57,646 nucleotides of DNA from Octopus sinensis (taxonomy: Eukaryota): positions 1 to 57,646 of the forward strand of contig NW_021833854.1 in assembly GCF_006345805.1 (NCBI RefSeq), in the 5' to 3' direction. Under the pieces are notes generated by a model, which was given only the letters and a program-made list of their open reading frames with translations, searched no databases and had not been told where the DNA came from. The first letter of the stretch is position 1, and every line of letters starts with the position of its first letter. A program made the position numbers and the translations under genes. Below are positions 53,245-57,646 of the stretch, one piece after another.

Positions 53245-53660
53245 TTTCCGAAGTCTCTCCCCCACTCCCCTTTCGCGAGTGCGCATTTTTTTCATGATAG
53301 TCGTTTAGAGCAAGTTGTTTTACACCTATTACGCTGTTTTTGTTTTTGTTTTGTGCCCGGTCAGACGCTTTCGGAAATTCCCGATATAAATATTCCGAGG
53401 CCTCTCCCCCACCCCTCTTTCGCGAGAGCGCATTTTTTTTGTCATATTCGTTTAGAGCAAGTTGTTTTACACATATTACACTATTTTTTTTTTTGTTTTG
53501 GTGCCCGGGTCAGCTCCTCAGACGCTTTCGGAACTTCCCGATGTGAATTTCCGAGGCCTCTCCCCCACCCCCCTTTCGCGTGCGCGAATTTTTTTTTTCA
53601 TATTCGTTCATAGGAAATTGTTTTACACCTATTACACACATTTTTTTTTTTTTTCTGATA
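53245..53660. repeat. Three tandem ~150-bp units
   Basis: TTCCGA[A/G]G[T/C]CTCTCCCCCAC...CTTTCGCG...GTTTTACAC[C/A]TATTAC repeats from about 53245, 53393 and 53548. Confidence 0.85.
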
Positions 53661-54620
53661 TGCGTAACGCTTTATATTAACCCATTTGTTTACATACCAT
53701 ATGTTTACTACGTCACCAAATTTGGTCGGACGAGAGGAGAGTAAATAATATGAAGCCGAAAGACGGAATACCATTGGTTAAAATTCTAATTATTAAACTA
53801 TGTTAAACTTAGAAGTTACAATTCGTTTTTTCTGGTTTACAATTAAGTTTACTTTTGACACATTCTACCAGTATACGAAGTTTCAAATTGTTTGGTTCAG
53901 TAGGAAAAATTTGGAAAAACTGGCTTCACAAATGAAAAGATCCCTTGCATGATTGCTACCACCGCAGGCAGTCTGATAAGACCTCATCCTTCTACTCACC
54001 TTTTAATTTTACTACTACCGCCCACAGAATGTCTGTTTGTCGTATTAAAGTCTCCTGTTTCTACGGCCGTTGGCGTGGCGAGTGTATGCCATCAAATACG
54101 GTACATATTAGCGTTTGAGTAAAGGGAATATGACAGCTATTTCTTGCAGGTCGTACGAACCCATAAAGGATTCTTCGTTGCGGTGATTGTGGCAATGACG
54201 GAGATGGTGACTTGTTGCGATGGTGGTGGTTGTGAGATGGGTTATGGGGGGAGGGTTGCAAGGGTGGTGTAGCTGATAGGTTTGAAGATTGTAGGAATGG
54301 TGGCAGTAGTGTATGATGGCGACCATGACAACTAGGACGACGACGGCAACGATGGCGACAACGGAGGTGGCGGAGGCAGTGTCAATGGTGATGATAATGA
54401 TGATGATGACGATGACGACGATGATGACGAGGATCGAAACAATTAATGCTAATATTTCCTGTGCTGTGAGTACATGTTTTTTTGTGTTGTGTGTGTTGTG
54501 TATTGCGTCTCTACGTGTATATGTGTGACTATGTGTTCTTAATGTTTTGTATATGTGTGCTTACATGCGGGTGTACTGGTATATGTTTTTATATAGCTTT
54601 TATGTGTGTGTGTGTACTTT

Positions 54621-54658
<38 letters not shown>

Positions 54659-55595
54659 TGCTAGTGACAGCATGGTGTGAAATTCTTAAACATTATTTTG
54701 CTCCGGTTTGTGATAAAGGCAAACTAGTGTATAAACGTTATATATGGATGTAAGGCGGTGGTGGTGGTGGTGGTGGTGGTGGTGGTGATGGTAGTGATGG
54801 TGGTGGTGGTGGTGCAAGTGGTGATAGAAGGGGTGGGGTAGGCTAGACAAGAATGGTAGACAGAAGAGAAACGAAATGTATGTACGTATGTTGTGTGTGC
54901 GCGTGCGTGTGTGTGTGTGTGTGTGTATGTGTGTGTGTGTGTGGTGTGTGTGTGTTGTGTGTGTGACTACATGCGCGTGACTATATGTCTGTGAATATGT
55001 GTGTGTGTGTGTGTGTGTCAGTATACGAACTCCTGTTTCCAGTTACAACCCGTCGCGGTTGACTGACAGCAATTTTGCCACTTAATCCTTAAATTGCGTT
55101 TAACTGGATCCAATTAACTTAAAAATCAAATGATTTTCGGGGAAGAAGACGAGGAGGAGGACGAGAGGAGGGAGGAAGAAGGAGGAGGGAGAGGAGGAGT
55201 GGAAGAGGAGCAAGGCAGGGTGTATTAAATTTAAGTTTTTCTTTATTCTTTTTACGGTTATTTTACGATTTATTTTTAATATATTATTTTTTAATTTTAT
55301 TTGTTTATAGTTTGATTTTTATCATTTTCAGTTCAGTTCACAGTTTAAGATATTCTTAATACAGTTATCATACAATCTGATCGAGTAACCGTGGAAAATG
55401 GCGGACGAAGAGGAGGAGGAGGAGGAAGAGGACAAAGAAGACGCTTTAGCGAGAAATACATAGACACACAGACACACACATATATGTATATGATACCTAA
55501 GTACATATACATATATATTATATACATACGCACCCATTAATGTTTCTGTGTGTGTCTGTGTGTCTATGTATTTCTCGCTAAAGCGTCTTCTTATA

Positions 55596-55631
<36 letters not shown>

Positions 55632-55927
55632 TATGTATGTATGTATGTGTGTGTGTGTGTGTGGCTGTGTGTAAATATACACTTCACACAAATATTCCGA
55701 ACGACCAAACTTATCTCGAATTTAATTGTAGCTGACGTTACAAGAGAATTTTATCGTTAGCATACAAAACACACACCCCCACCACACACACACACACGTA
55801 TATAAGCACTCACAGAAATCACTTGTTTATATATGGATGTATTATACTAATAACTAATATTTTAATATTTGTGCGTTTGCTTATCCATTGCGCTTCGTTT
55901 TTGTATATACATACATACGTACATACA

Positions 55928-55963
<36 letters not shown>

Positions 55964-56927
55964 TATACAAACATACATACATATTTATGTTTGTATGTAT
56001 GTATGCATACACACACACACACACATATATATATATGTGTGTGTAAATATATATATATATATATATATATTTACACACACACACATATACGAGAGTGTAT
56101 ATGTGTGTGTGTGTATGTGTGTGAGAGAGAGAGAGAGAAAGAGAGAGATAGTGTCTCCATTTATCTCCCATTTTAAAATTATTTCATTTCATTCATTTGG
56201 TTTCCATCGTTTCGTTTCTGATTTTTGTGATTGTCCGATCCGGTGTCTAAGAATACACGCCAAAGCAAGTTATTCCTCCACCCCTCACCCCACCAGCACT
56301 ATCAACAGGACGCCACCCCTATTCCACCGCCACACTCACCACCTCACACCAACCACCCCACACCCGTCACACCGTCACCGCTACTTTTTATAATTATTCA
56401 TCGTTTTATCTTTATTTTCATTTTTTATTTTTATTTATTTATGTATATATATATTTATTTGTTGTTTTCATAGCTAAAGATTTTGGATATAAATTTTCAT
56501 AAAATGATGGAATAAGTCTGTGAGAGGACAGAAAAACAATATCAAAGAAATTCCGTTTTCTTCACGTCACATAAAATTTTTTTTCTACCCCATTTGGAGA
56601 GAATTAGAATAAGGAACTCATTTATTTACTTATTTAGTTTTATTTTATTTCATTTTATTTATTATATTCGTTGCTTCTTTGCGTACGGAGGACCACCTTG
56701 GACTTTAAGCAATTTGGTTTGGATATATGTTGAGGTCGGTAGGGAAAGTGAGATGAGTCCGATGTAAAAATAAAAATAAAAAAACAAACGAAATTAAAAT
56801 CAAAATTGAACTGAAATGGTGGCCAACGCTGGCGTCATCCATTACAGCATCATGAGACCTGATAAGTCAATTACAGCTGATGGATGAAATGATGAGTGAA
56901 CTTGCGATTAAACAACTGAGATTGCAG

Positions 56928-57646
56928 TTAATCAAAGTATGCACCTAAATTAACAACAAATCTTTCCATTTATCGGTAGCTTATTTATGTCAGCAGCGAG
57001 GAATTCTGGAGAGCAAGAGGTGGTGAAATCACAAAAGGTTGTTTTGGCATCTTCTTCAGATCTGAAGTGTTTTTTCCTTGCAAAGAGTTGTCTAATGCCT
57101 GGAAAACGTGATAGGCAGTTGGTACAAGATCTGGTGAATATGGTGGGTAAAAGAGTATTTCCAAGTTTAGTTCCTGTAACTTGAGTAGTATTCTTTGTGC
57201 AACATGTGGCCAAGCATTGTATTGCAAGAGAATTGACCTGTCTCTATTGACCAATCTCAGTTGTCTAATTACAAGTTTACTCATCGTTTCATACAATTGG
57301 TTGGTGTATACATCCGCTGTAATTGACTTACCAGGTCTCATGAAGTTATAGTGGATGACACCAGTACAGGACCACCAAACAGACACCATTAGCATTTTTA
57401 AGTGAATATTCTTTTGGGGATTGTGTTTTGACACTGTGCAGAACGCTTGCTATTGTTGAAAAGAATCCATTTTTCATCACACTTAACAATACGATGCAAA
57501 ACTGGTTTGTTTTTATGCCATGACAGCAAAGAACAACAAATTTCAAGATGACGTGTCATTTGATACTCGTTCAATTCATGTGGTATCCACTTGTCCAGCT
57601 TCTCTCTCTTGCCGATTTTTTTCCGGATGGTCCAATGCAGTTGGAA
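56928..57646 (-). mobile_element. Mariner transposase relic, truncated by the window end
   Basis: LHRIVKCDEKWILFNN; KMLMVSVWW...GVIHY; SILLQYNAWPHV; YPPYSPDLVPTAYHVF; ends NLGAYFD*. Confidence 0.9.

Overview
AT-rich, microsatellite-dense eukaryotic DNA. The tRNA-derived SINE families look like those of octopus/coleoid cephalopods (my recognition, not a database match). I find no convincing host protein-coding gene. Most ORFs in the track are translated simple repeats, and the rest are decayed mobile elements: Tc1/mariner (three with TIR pairs and TA target duplications, plus relics), LINE relics (R4/Dong-like, CR1/L2-like, RTE, Tx1-like), a Penelope-like element (PLE) with a GIY-YIG endonuclease, Helentron-like non-autonomous pieces, fold-back elements and many SINEs. 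The main observation is a ~5 kb array (42011-46984) of about 10.4 near-identical ~479-bp units inside a (TA)n tract. It has no ORF, but each unit carries a type I hammerhead ribozyme motif on the minus strand, the architecture of a non-LTR retrozyme that could self-process into ~479-nt linear or circular RNAs. Further hammerhead motifs lie in PLE-like inverted-repeat elements, including a fully paired U3-A8 covariant hammerhead at 52060-52106. Other points: a SINE/Tx1-LINE shared 3' tail and an RTE ending in three C2H2-like fingers. All folds and alignments were made by eye, and no activity can be shown from sequence alone.
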